Part shown: piece by piece, positions 39,064 through 51,088 of the stretch
Numbering within the stretch: the stretch's first letter is position 1
Layout of the letters: every line of letters starts with the position of its first letter
Origin: Chrysomallon squamiferum
Taxonomy: Eukaryota > Animalia > Mollusca
Length of the DNA stretch: 64,000 nt
Direction of reading: 5' to 3'
NCBI GenBank assembly: GCA_012295275.1
Contig: CM022679.1
Span: 24,552,001-24,616,000, forward strand
Notes under the pieces: generated by a model
Seen by the model: the letters and a program-made list of their open reading frames with translations, nothing else
Database searches by the model: none
Told to the model about the DNA's origin: nothing
Program-made: the position numbers and the translations under genes

Positions 39064-39468
39064 AGTTTTCTTATGACTTTCTGTAAATTCAAATCAAAAC
39101 TGAATGTGGAAGAAACAGAAGCGTCTACCTTATATTCCTAGTAATTATGACACGCACTAATACTCAATGCCATGTCAGTTACATACACATCGTACACAAA
39201 TCAGGCAGTACTCAAATGCCAGTCAATCATTTGTTCTAATAACAACGAGGAATGACTTAATCAATAGAAACAACAGTTAGCAAACCCGAACATAACGGTA
39301 ATTTATTCAAGTACTGCTGTTGTTACTTTTTATGTTTAATCTTCACTGCTGATACTAAAATCACAATTACTACTACTACTACTACTATATATATATATAC
39401 TTAGGAAAATATGGAAGACAGCGAGAGCGGACAAATGTGATGCGTTGGTTTTTAATTTATAACATTTG

Positions 39469-39528
<60 letters not shown>

Positions 39529-40894
39529 GTAAAGTCTGCTAAATGTACAACAGCTTTGATTCAGCTTCATTACGAATTGACTATAAAAATGACACAGATG
39601 TAATACATTCTGTAATAATAATAACAACAACAACAACAATAATAATAAGCTGTATTTTAGTTATAAAATTAGAAATGTGCTATGTATGATACTCAGTGTG
39701 TCAAGGATGTCACTCATCCAGCTGTCTGATATACCTCAGCCTCAACTCCAATTAGCGAATCTCAAATCACTCAGATCATTACCTACAGATTATATGGAAA
39801 GAATGATGTTAGGTCATTTCATTGTCACGGCTTTGCAGCGTTTGGCTTTTTGGTAATTTATTTCAACAGGCGGATTATGCAGGTGGAGTATAAAACAGAA
39901 CTAACAATCTATTTTCTTTTTTTTTTTCCAAGAAGAAAAGACAAATATCGCTGTTGTCATTTTTGTTATTGTAGTTGTTGTTGATGTTTTGATTTATTTT
40001 GTATTACAGAGGAAGTAATTTCCAAAGTGTTACTATTTTTTAACAAGTGTTCATTGAATTTTATAGTTAATAAATGATCTTCAGAAAAACTTGGTTTTAG
40101 ATGAATACAGGTGTTAGCATTAGCACACTGTCTGAACGAGTGAAATATTCATCAAAATAGTAATAATAATAAAATATAAAATAATAGAAACTGGGTTTAA
40201 CTGAAAACTATATTAATGACTTTTTGAAAGGGGAGAATAGCAAAAATAATCAAAGAATGTTTACTTGATCTGTTTGGATCAAAACAGTTAAATGTTCAAA
40301 TTATTAAAGAATTTAAATAAGTGTATTTCATTAACATTTAGAATTTTTTATTATTATTAGATTGTATAAAACAAGTTAATTCAAAAAGTAATGGATTAAT
40401 GTTAAATTTCTCAGAATAATAAGCATATAGATCCACGGTATATGTTAATGCATTTTTACTGAAGACAAAAAAAAAATAATACCTTTTTGTGTTATACAAT
40501 ATGAATACTAGTATTTTTTCCGTAAAGATAAAATAAAAATAATAATTATATATGTATTTACATATTTATTTACAAATGATTGCTGGATACATTAAAAATT
40601 ATTGAGTGTAGAACAAAAAACAAAATGATTTGTTATTGCACTTGAAATTTCTTCAGATTAGTATATACTTTCATATAATTTCAATACATTTTTCAAAACC
40701 GTAACTATCATGTTAATTTTTTCTCTGATACATGCAAAATATACTAGAAAAATAATAATAATAATAATTCTGATTCTGATTCTGATTATTATTAAATAAG
40801 ATTTGATTGGTAAATTAAATTACGAAATATTTTTACTGGTGTAATTATATGCAATAATTTCATCACTTTTTTCAAATAGTTTTGAATTTAAATT

Positions 40895-41036
40895 AGAAAA
40901 CAGTGGAGAAATTCAATCTGTATGCTGCACTCTACAAAACAGAGAATGGCTTCAGACGAGCCTGCGAGCAGATTGTCATGCTGAACAGCAAGCTGGAAGA
41001 CCTCCAGCTCCGATACGACAAAGCCAGAGTGAACAA
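40895..41036 (+). pseudogene. Inverted 5' fragment of the orphan ORF (start codon ATG->GTG at 40903)
   Basis: gtggagaaattcaatctgtatgctgcactctac...gacaaagccagagtgaacaa aligns to the first ~45 codons. Confidence 0.9.
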
Positions 41037-41273
41037 AAACAGCTCGATGACTGAAAATATTTGACCAAATACTGCTGAATTTTAAAAAGTATATATAATA
41101 ATAATAATAATATAATATTCCCAAGTAATTTTCAAATTTTATTTTACTTTTTTTTTTTTGTTTTTTTTTTTTTTTTTTGCTTATAATGTTTATTTATTTA
41201 CTGATCTTTTTTTTTTTTTTTGGTTTTCTAATTAAATTAAAAAATATATTGTTCACAATCACTGCAAACTTTA

Positions 41274-44200
41274 TCACTCTGTAGCAGACAGATCTTGTTC
41301 TTCATTACTGTCCCGCCTGTCTAGCAGTTTGAAAGATTTGAATACTTTGTGTTGGCGAGAATTTCTCAGTTTCTTTAAGTCGTTGGCATACTGCTGTTCA
41401 CACAGCAGCTGGCGTTTCTGCTCCTCCAGTGATGAGCGATGCTCATTCAGTACCCGTGTTTTCTGAATTAGTCCAAGCAGTTCACGTCTTAACTGTCTGT
41501 TTTCTACTTTGATTCTGTTTGTATGATCCACCAAACACTGTAAGGCTTCCTGATGAAGAAGAAGAAAGATTGAAGAAATGGTATTCCAAAATAAATGAAA
41601 CTTTATGAGGCTTGATTATGTTTTTGTTGTTGGAAATTTTAATTTTTTAATTTTAATTTATGTTCCTTTCTGTCTCTATCTTTGTTTAGTTTGTTTATTT
41701 AAATGCTTGAAGAAAACTGATTCACGTACTTGTCATTTTACCTTATACCCAATACAATTCAAATAACATTAAAAAAAACTAAATAATAATAATAATAATA
41801 ATAATAAAATGCAGAAATACAATTCTAGTTTTATATTAAATTTCTCATTTTATTATATTTTCTTTCTTATCAATTTCAATTTTTTATTTTATAGTTTAAC
41901 CTTTCTTTCCATTTTCTTTTTTTTTCATTCATATTTTTAAAAGACAACAACAACAAAATCCCTGTTATCTTCAGATAGCATAAGCACCCTTTCATATATG
42001 TATAATTTAGGACTCACTTTGTTTGCTTTGGTTTCAAGGGAGTGAATTCTGTTTTCTGAATCACTCTGAAATTCACGCTTCTTCTTCAAAAAATCAGCCT
42101 TCAGCTGTTGAATGGCTTCAGAATGTTTTGCTCTCATCACCTTCACTTCTGTTTCCAGTTCTTTGATCTTTGTCAACTGCTCAGTTTGCAAATCCTGAAA
42201 CATCACCAAATGAATGTTAAAAACAGGTATGCAATTGTTTGATTGTTTTTCAGGGGGAGTTATTTCTTGCATTCACATTAAAAAGTTCATTTTGTATTAT
42301 TTTATCTTATTCTATCTGTTACATTTGTCATGGTAATTTGTTTCAGATTGTATTGACATTAAAATACATATTATTTAATATAACTTACTGTTCAGTGAAT
42401 TTTTTTTTTTTTTTTTTTGTTAGTAAGTACATGTACAGCACCAGATTTCCACAACCTTTGGTTCCAAAACCTTTCTGGATTATCAGTTAAAGAGGTCACA
42501 TGATAATAACTCACTAATAAACTACGTATTTAAGTCAGTATCACTAAAGAACCATGTACTGCTAGAAACTTTAAACAATTATTAAATATAAATATAAATA
42601 TAAATATTATATATAGATTAAAACTGATTAAATAAAATTCAGGCTAAATCAATGAAATCAAATATTATTAAATAAAAGTTAATTTCAAATGACCAGTCCT
42701 AATTTCATCCAGTCTAAAAAGGTGCCAAACCATGAATGTCAGGAAAATCAATCACCTGTAGTCATTTCCTACACAGGCCTACAGGGTATTTCCTATAAAA
42801 TGTTTATCTGAGTTTTTATACATCACTATCAACTCCTGTAAGTAGTATGAAAGTATATCTTATTTTATTAAATACACTATTTGTCAGTTTCTGCATATAG
42901 TTTTCTTATGATACCACAAAACTAATATAATTTTATCTTGAGTTAAATATCTGCTGTAAAAGTTAATATTTATTTATATTGCACTGTCAACTGTCATCCA
43001 TCACAACCATCATGTTATCAATGCTCAGACATATATTATCAGTTATCAAGTAGAGCTGTCTGTGTAAATGTAACAAAAACAAATAATATTATAATGCTAA
43101 CTCATCACATAATATTAAACAAATGAAAACAAATAATCTAAACATATTTTGTTCTTTTACGATAATTATTTTCTAATAACCAAATCTGACCAAAAAATAA
43201 CAATATAAAGAGATCGTAGATGTCCTTTTTTTTTTTTTGGTGATGTTATTTTGTACTCAGAAATGTAGTTACAAAAATAACAATTAAAAAAAATTAAAAA
43301 CCAAAAAGTTTAAGTAAATATGTTAAAGTTACTGATAATCAAGAGGTTTTTTTTACCATTGTTATGTCAAAACATAATGAGATAAAACTTTTTAATCTTT
43401 ATGCATCATTTGGTGTTTACTGTGTTACTGTGATACTCTTATTATTATGTTGGTAGCAAAACAGAAGTAAAATCACTTGTATACAAATGTCTTCAGCTAA
43501 TTTGTACATCTTGGATTACTGACCTTGTATTCCTGAAGGTCACTTAATTCCTGTGTTGTTTTCTCCAGCATGTGCTCCTTTTCCAGCAGAAGGTTTTCCA
43601 AAGCTAAAACAAATTAATAAATAGTACAATTACCCTGAAGATACTGGAAATGATAATAAAGAATGGTTAGTAGTCTAGAATGAAATTTTGGTATTATTTA
43701 TCAACAATTCTGGTTGTTGCTTTTTATACAGATTTATTTCATTCTTCTGGGTTCTCTGTGAGAGAGAGAGGGCAAAGTTGGTCTTGGGTGGAGAGAAGAT
43801 CTTTTAAACTAGATTAATATAGTTTCCATTCCTGGAGTATTTTCCTATTATATAACTACACCAATATGACCTGACCAATTCTTTTTAATAATAACCAACA
43901 GTTACCTGAGCAGTAAGATCATTAAGCATTCATTTATTCATAACAATCAGTAAATATCAGAATCGTATAAACAATTAAACCAATAAGCACTGTTTATATA
44001 ATAATACAAAAAACAAATAGATAAACATGTGACAAAAGCTTTTTGAAGATGTTTTTTTTTTCTTTATCCTTTTTTTTTTTTTTTTTTTTTTTTTCAGGTC
44101 TTAACTGGCAGTGTCTTTCACACACCTTTTTTCTTGTCATCAAATTCTTCTTCCATCATCTGTTTCTGCAGCTGAATGTTTCGGATCTCCTGTTTGTTGT

Positions 44201-45972
44201 GATCACTCAGGGTGATGATACTCGTCTGACGTTTACTTGTCTTCTTCTCGATGAAATTCATGTATTCATGCTGAAATAAAAATTTCTGCATCAGTGATCT
44301 ATATTACTATTCTTTATAACTATTATTTGTTTTTATTTCTATTAACCATTGTAATTATATAGTCAAATAAACGACAAAATTTCAAATTAATTTATATACC
44401 TTTTTCAGACATTTATGATCAATCAAACTAAATATTACTACCTACCTCACATACATACATACATAAACATCATTTTATTAAAATCTGTTTAGTATTTGAT
44501 AATAATGATTAGATCCTAGTTCCCAAAAATTAAATACCACTTTATTCATAATCCATTTCATCTCACAGTGATTAATTGTTTCTTGATATTGGATTTTAGA
44601 AAAAGAAAAAATATATACATATATTATTGATTAATTATAGATAAATATGTAAAAATTATTAAAATAAAATTAGATAAGATTAGAAAATGATAAAGGTTTT
44701 TCTCAATAATTTTAAAAAATCAGAATGAAATAAAAACAAGTGTCTGAACAGTGCTTGTAACAAGAAACCTTTCTCTTTTTTTCTTCATATTATAATAAAA
44801 TTAAATTATTAGAACTGATTATAAAGAAATAAATATTCATAGTAACACTTACACTTTCCACTCGCACTTTGTGAGCCTCAGTCTGTAGCCATTCATTTTC
44901 CTTTCGTCTTTCAAAATTAAGGAACAAATTTGCACATTCAAAAAATCAACAAAATACATTCTGTAATTACAAAACATTTCAGATAAAAAAAAAATTAAAA
45001 AAATATTCTGATATTTATGGAATCTGGATTTTTATATTTTACTTTTAATTCTTTTAAGTATATTCTATTAGATAAAATAGAATAATCATTGAATTTGTCA
45101 TATAATAATTACATACTTGTAAGGATCCAAATGTCATATTGATTATGAAATTATAATGGTTGGCATTATTGTATATACTTATTACTTAAAGGATACAAGT
45201 CTTCAACTTTTGCTTTTGCATCTTCAAGGGCTTCTGTAACTTTCTCAAGCCTAAACAAATAAACAACAATAAAATATTTAAAATTTAATTATAACAGAAT
45301 AATACATTCATATAAATATAGAGTTATTGTTGTATTATGTATGTCTAAATTGTATCAGCATAACTGAGTTCTGCATAAAGTTTGTTTTATCTTTTGCCAG
45401 AACCAATTTATTGTTTTAAGTTGTTTTGTGACTTGTTGATTTATTAATTTATTTATAACATAGACTGTATAATACCATTTCTTAACTGAATTAATATATT
45501 ATCACTGAAATTACCAAAACAATATTTCTATAATATTCACTGCAATTACCATATTTTTATGCTGTAATGTTACTGTGGTTGTAATAGTGGGTACTTATTA
45601 TATTTACATGTAGTCATATATATAGACAAAATCATTGCTACAATATGATATTTTTATTTTTATTTTTATTTTTAAGTTTTTAAATATATTATTAATAAAA
45701 CTAAATACTGATTTTGAAAATACTACAGTTCCTTAAAATCAAACAGTATTTTCTTTTCAATAATGTTATAACTGCGATAATATGATTATACGAAAATAGA
45801 TAAATTGAAATAACAAAATATAAAAATAAAATTAGAATTTAAAAACTAACTCTTCTTTCAATAACAGTTCCTTTTCGTTTGGTTCGGGTGTTCTAGGTTT
45901 TTCAAATTCGGCTGGCAGATCAGATTTAGTTCCTTTCTTACCCTTGCCTTTACCTTTCTTTTTCGGTGGCAT
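41274..45972 (-). CDS. CCDC166: Coiled-coil domain-containing protein 166-like (DUF4515 family), ~302 aa. Exons 45972-45851, 45250-45197, 44907-44853, 44270-44126, 43603-43524, 42194-42018, 41549-41274
   Basis: GT-AG exons join in frame (909 nt). MPPKKK start; LQEYKDLQTEQLTKIKELE and EALQCLVDHTNRIKVENRQLRRELL resemble the CCDC166 motifs as I recall them. Confidence 0.85.
44908..45196 (-). other. U12-type (minor spliceosome) GT-AG intron in CCDC166
   Basis: 5' site GTATCCTTT; branch point TTCCTTAAT (44924-44916) just before AAG; no polypyrimidine tract; removal restores the frame. Confidence 0.9.
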
Positions 45973-46618
45973 GGCGTCTTTCTTTTCCTCGTCGCTGTGA
46001 CAACAACTGATGCTAGCTTTACAAAGTGAGTTTCGTAATAATAAATACTTGTCGAAAATACATATTTTATACAGAATCAGTGAGGGGGGGGGAATTAATT
46101 ATATTATATTTCAGAGAGATTTAGTAAATGTTTTTTAATTTATTATTATTATTTTTTTTTTTTTTTTAAATGAAATTAATTATACCTGCATACATAATGA
46201 AGTAAATACTGTTAAAAAGGCATTTTTCTTTGTCTTATCTTTACTTTTTACTTTTTTAGTTTTACAGTAATAATAATAAATTTAAAATTATGTTTCTTTA
46301 AAGGTATGCTATATTTAGGATGAAAGTATTAAGTTTAATTGTTTAAATAATTTTTCAATATCATTGCAAAATACCTAATCCTAAAAAAACAAAAAATAAA
46401 ACGTTGAAACATGATTTATTATAATTATTTAAAATCACTTAAATTTGTTTTATTCATATTTCAAAAGGTACACCGAAAATATTGTCATAGTTACGTACTT
46501 ACTAAGAGAAAAGATTATAATTTTTATATAAATGCTAAATGATTTTACTGCGGCTTCGGAAACTTAGTGATGACTAATTAATTCACTCAATTTCTTTCTT
46601 ATTTCTTTATTATTATTA

Positions 46619-46661
<43 letters not shown>

Positions 46662-47548
46662 TTTTATGTGAGGTTTTTTATTAGTAGTTTTCATTACTTT
46701 TATACTTTAATTTTTTAATTTTTTATAAGTATGTGTGAATCAAGCGATGTATACTTCTGAATGAAGTTCATGTTACTGCTAAGTTTTAATAACTAAGTAG
46801 GTTAAAAACAAACAGTACAACAATTAAATAGTGGTAAGGATTATAAAATTAGAGGAATGAACCTAGGTACGTTAATATAATTATACAACGGGTACGAAAA
46901 CGATATTTCTTTTTTAGACATTTAAAGAAAACATAGTCACTTCTATAAACATCTGGTAAGACTGCAAACTCGATACTGGTTCCATGTGAGCAAAACAAAT
47001 GTTAGTCATTTTGCTACGGAAACAGCGGTATGACCTGTTCTCCAACGGATACGATAACTAGCCACGTTTCATCTAAATATCATCTTTGCCTTACCATAAG
47101 CCATTATATTATTAAACAAACTTAGTATTTACAATCATTAACAGTAATTTGCTATAATAAAATCAATAAAAGCACACCGGTAAATGAGGTGCCGGCAGTG
47201 ATGAGAATGAAAAGGAAAAAATGAGTAGATTTAGCAAGCCAAATAAAAAAGTGGACAATTTTATACGACTTTTTATATATACGAAAGAGCAGAAAAAAAA
47301 AAAATATCAGCAAAGTGCTGAGTAAAAGGAGCTGAGAAGGCCTAGCTATAAATAGGACGGTTATTATTAGTAGTAGTAATAGTAACAGCAGCATCACCAG
47401 AAGTAGTAGTAGTCCGAGTAGCTGCAGCAGCAGAAATATCAGTAGTAGTTTTTAACATATGTTTGTCTGGGCGCATTTTTTATTTTATATAAAAGTGGTG
47501 TTTTATTTATTTTAGAGGGAATTAAATAGAAATTGAAATCATTTAAAA

Positions 47549-50050
47549 ATGGCGTCCCCCAGGAAGGAATGTGATCCAAACTATCGAAAAGAAGAAACAG
47601 ACCTTTCTTCGGCACATTTTAACCCTCGTACTGCCTTGTATTCGTCAGATGCTACGATACCTTGTCCTGATATTCGGTTATTCAACAACTTAGCTGAATA
47701 TGAAAGTGCAATGAAAAAAAGAACCGGGCGTCAAACAGACTCGTCGTCTGCTCCTTCCAGCAGTGGACGCGATAAAACATGTGATTATAGTCACGGTTTA
47801 GGTTATCAAGTTCCAACAACATCTACAGGGTTTTCTCCACACCACAGCATATCTAGAGAATCAGCCAACGTTGACTGCAGTCCACAGGAAAGCGGAGGAA
47901 CATCAACGAGTAGGAGTCCAAACAGTGCCATCGGGTCTCAACATTATAAACACTCAACTACGATTGAACATTCAAACGATTCCAGCAGTCCAAGTTCTAG
48001 TTCAAGGGCATATTCATACAACAGCCCGTATGTAAGAGATCCAGAATATCTGGAGAAAAAAGGTCTGAGAGAAGAAGACTGTGCTCGATATCAAATATAC
48101 AGACGTGAAACCAAAACAGAGCAATCTCTAAGGCCGCCTACACAGTGTCGGAAACAGTCTGAACGTGAGGCGAAAACAGACAGTCCACAGTTTATTCAAA
48201 CGGCAGCTGTAGTTGGGGGTGCAAAAGGAGCATGGAGTTATGACCAAGTAACAAAATGTGTTAAGAAAACTGAAGAAGTAAATAAGAAACCTGAATTGCG
48301 AGGATTTGAAGTCGTGTCACATACCTCACTGTTTAGGGACGAAAGTCGGAATGTTTTTACCAGAATGGATGAATGTGTGTTTAGAATTTATTTTATATTA
48401 TTATTGATAATTAGTGGTAGTAGTAAAACGTAGTTATCATTTTCCAGCCACCAGTAGTTTAAATGTCAGTAGGTAAATTTCAGTTTGATTCACTATATAA
48501 TGAAATGATAGTTCAATGACAGTACCATTCTTCAAATGAATTGATTCAGAAATTATTACTTTATTACAATAATTTTATTATCATATCAACTCCGGATTCA
48601 GTTTTTCTGAATAGATGCATATCAAATTGTAATTAAGATTCAAAAAGATTCTGATTCAGTTTTCACTTAAAGGTGTTATAATCTAAGCATATATATATAT
48701 ATATATATTATTTTTACATCAGTTGTCTCTCTTTCTCTCTTTAATGTAATTTTAGATAATATATTTTGACTGTCATATTTTCTGATTCAATATTTAATTA
48801 TATGTAATTGTTATAACTACTTAGGTTTTTTCAGATGCTTCTGCTAAGGCTGGTCCACTGCATGTCCTTTATCGATGTATGAAAGAAAAACTTCAGGCTA
48901 GAGTATGGACAAGAAGTGCAGTCAGCGTGCGAGGAATCTGCAAGGGTTACATAGTTGCCTTTGATAAACATTCCAATCTGGTATATATAAACCTTATTTC
49001 TTCTTTTTGTTAATTTAATAACAAACTAATTATCTATAAGGAGGGTACAGTACAGGTTGAGTATCCCTTACACATAATTCCAAAATCTAAAATGCTCTGA
49101 AATCCAAAACATTTTCCAAGCACTAGAAACAAAAATATGTTATAGTTTTAAGACTTTTTAGCATATACAAACCATATTTTATGCACAAAATTATTAAAAA
49201 TGTTATTTTAAAAATCCTGCAGACTATCTGCATAAGCTCTATATGAAAAACAAACATAGATTCTGTTCTGATGCTATATCCGTATATTCCAAAATCTCAA
49301 AATATCCTGTAATCTGAAACACTTCCACTCCCTAGCACAGTCTGGATAAAGGATTCTCAGCCTGTATTTTTAAATTGTTTATACAGCCATAGACATAATC
49401 ACACACACATCATTTATTTACCATATTTAGGGGAATGTATATTTTTAACTTTTGGAATTACAAGTAATAAAGTGGGTTTCTTAAATGTTGAAATATGCTT
49501 AATTATGCTTCTTCAGTTCACCATCGTTTCTGTGAAATATAATGATTGTTTATTGGTTTGTAAATTTTCAATGACAAGAAGACAAAACAAATATATCAGT
49601 GTGTGTATGTGTGTCTATTTGGGTTTTACAAGAAAAGTAATAATAATTCTTCATGAAATATTAACAATATTTTATTTCAAACACCATTTTCAGGCCATGA
49701 TGGATGTTGATGAGTATTATAGAAACCCAACAATGAAAGGAATCAGACTGAAAAGTAAGAAAAAGGTCAGATATAAAAAAAAAATACTGAAATATTTTGT
49801 TTTGTTTTGTTTTGATTTATAATGATTTTCCTTTTTTATTTTTTTATTGATTTTCATTCCTTTTCTCATTTATTTTAATTCTTTTTTATTTTATTCTCAG
49901 TTAGCAGATAGACATTTTGAAGCTCCCCTTCCTTGTGAAGCAGTTTGGCTTGGTCTGAGGAAGGAAAAATTAGCTCAGCGACATCTCAATCAAGTATTCA
50001 TAAGAGGAGATAATGTTGTCTGTGTCAGCATTGTTCAAGACTGGTCTTGA
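47549..50050 (+). CDS. LSM11: U7 snRNA-associated Sm-like protein LSm11, ~397 aa. Exons 47549-48374, 48835-48980, 49694-49765, 49901-50050
   Basis: N-terminal DLSSAHFNPRTALY...FNNLAEYE; RNVFTRM; Sm1 GPLHVLYRCM...VWTR...RGICKGYIVAFDKHSNLAMMDVDE; Sm2 RHLNQVFIRGDNVV; exons join in frame (exon 1 donor least certain). Confidence 0.92.
49053..49364. mobile_element. Non-autonomous Tc1/mariner-pogo (Tigger-like) MITE in LSM11 intron 2
   Basis: TIRs CAGGTTGAGTATCCCTTA ... TAAAGGATTCTCAGCCTG, flanked by TA; empty site in the duplicate at ~55747. Confidence 0.85.
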
Positions 50051-51088
50051 AAATCACATCTGAGGCAACATTTAAAGGGATGAAGATCATGAAAAATATA
50101 TATACTTTTTTTTTTTTTTTTAATTAAGTGGACATGTGGTTTGCTTAATATAATAATCAGGAATGATATCTGCAAAGTCATTACATTTTTAGAATTCTTT
50201 TTTTTTTTTTTTAAGATCTTTTGATATTGTTTTTTAATTATTTTATTCAGAGATGTTTATCATTTGTTTCTGTTTCGTTATCTTTTTCAAAATTTTATAC
50301 ACATGTATATTAAAATTTTGTTTATTTATTTATTTAGTTTGTTTTTCTTGATCAAATCTGGACTTAAATTTTTTTTAAAAACTATTTTTTATGCTTATGA
50401 CATTTTATATTGAAAAAAAAATCATTGAAATTGTTATTTAATTGTTCCACTGATTTTGAGTTCTTTCATTTATTTTATTGTTCATATGCTTTCACACATT
50501 ATTAATTTTGGATACGCAGACACTAACACACAAAAATGCATCTAATAATAGTTAAATGAATATTTGAAAGCAAGAATTTAAAACATCTCAGATATTAGAA
50601 ACAGATTTACATCACATGGGTCTAAATTACAATAGTTAAAATGTTCTAAAATCTGATTTAAAGCATGTTCTAAAAACTCTTCTATTTTCTTCTGTTCCTT
50701 ATTTAAGACACTAAGACATAAATGCATCTAATAAGGCATATTTAAAATATCTCAGATATTAAAAACAGATTTCCATTACAGATGTTAACTGTTCTAAAAT
50801 ATTCAACTATAACTAATGGCTTTAGTAATATAATTAATCTTTCTATTTTCTTCTGATTTTTTTCTGTTTTTTTTCTACCACAAATGAATACATTTTTACA
50901 GTCAAATGTGAATTAAATTGATAATTACATCCATTATCTTTTAACTGTATTTGTCTATAAAAAACCAAACAAGAGGTCATTTTAGTTTTCATTTTCAAGA
51001 AGTTTTATCTTCCTTTTTTTTTTCTCAATGTCCATTTTCAAGTGGTATCCATTGTAGATCCAGCTTTCATAATCTTGATAATGGTTAA

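Larger units (their letters stand above)
4224..39432. repeat. Tandem array of ~2.6 kb units (13 complete units plus diverged partial units at both ends); unit = orphan ORF(-) / 7SL(+) / 5S(-) / spacer with (GTT)n(GCT)n microsatellites
   Basis: ORF track and sequence recur with a ~2590-2610 bp period; internal units near-identical; terminal units diverged. Confidence 0.97.

Noticed and set aside
4224-39432. CRISPR array or prokaryotic/viral element
   Set aside because: Repeat unit is 2.6 kb with eukaryotic Pol II/III genes; no short repeat-spacer structure or cas genes
50518-50860. ~190 bp local direct duplication between the LSM11 and CARD paralog 1 3' ends
   Set aside because: Ordinary degenerate duplication with no coding or structural signal
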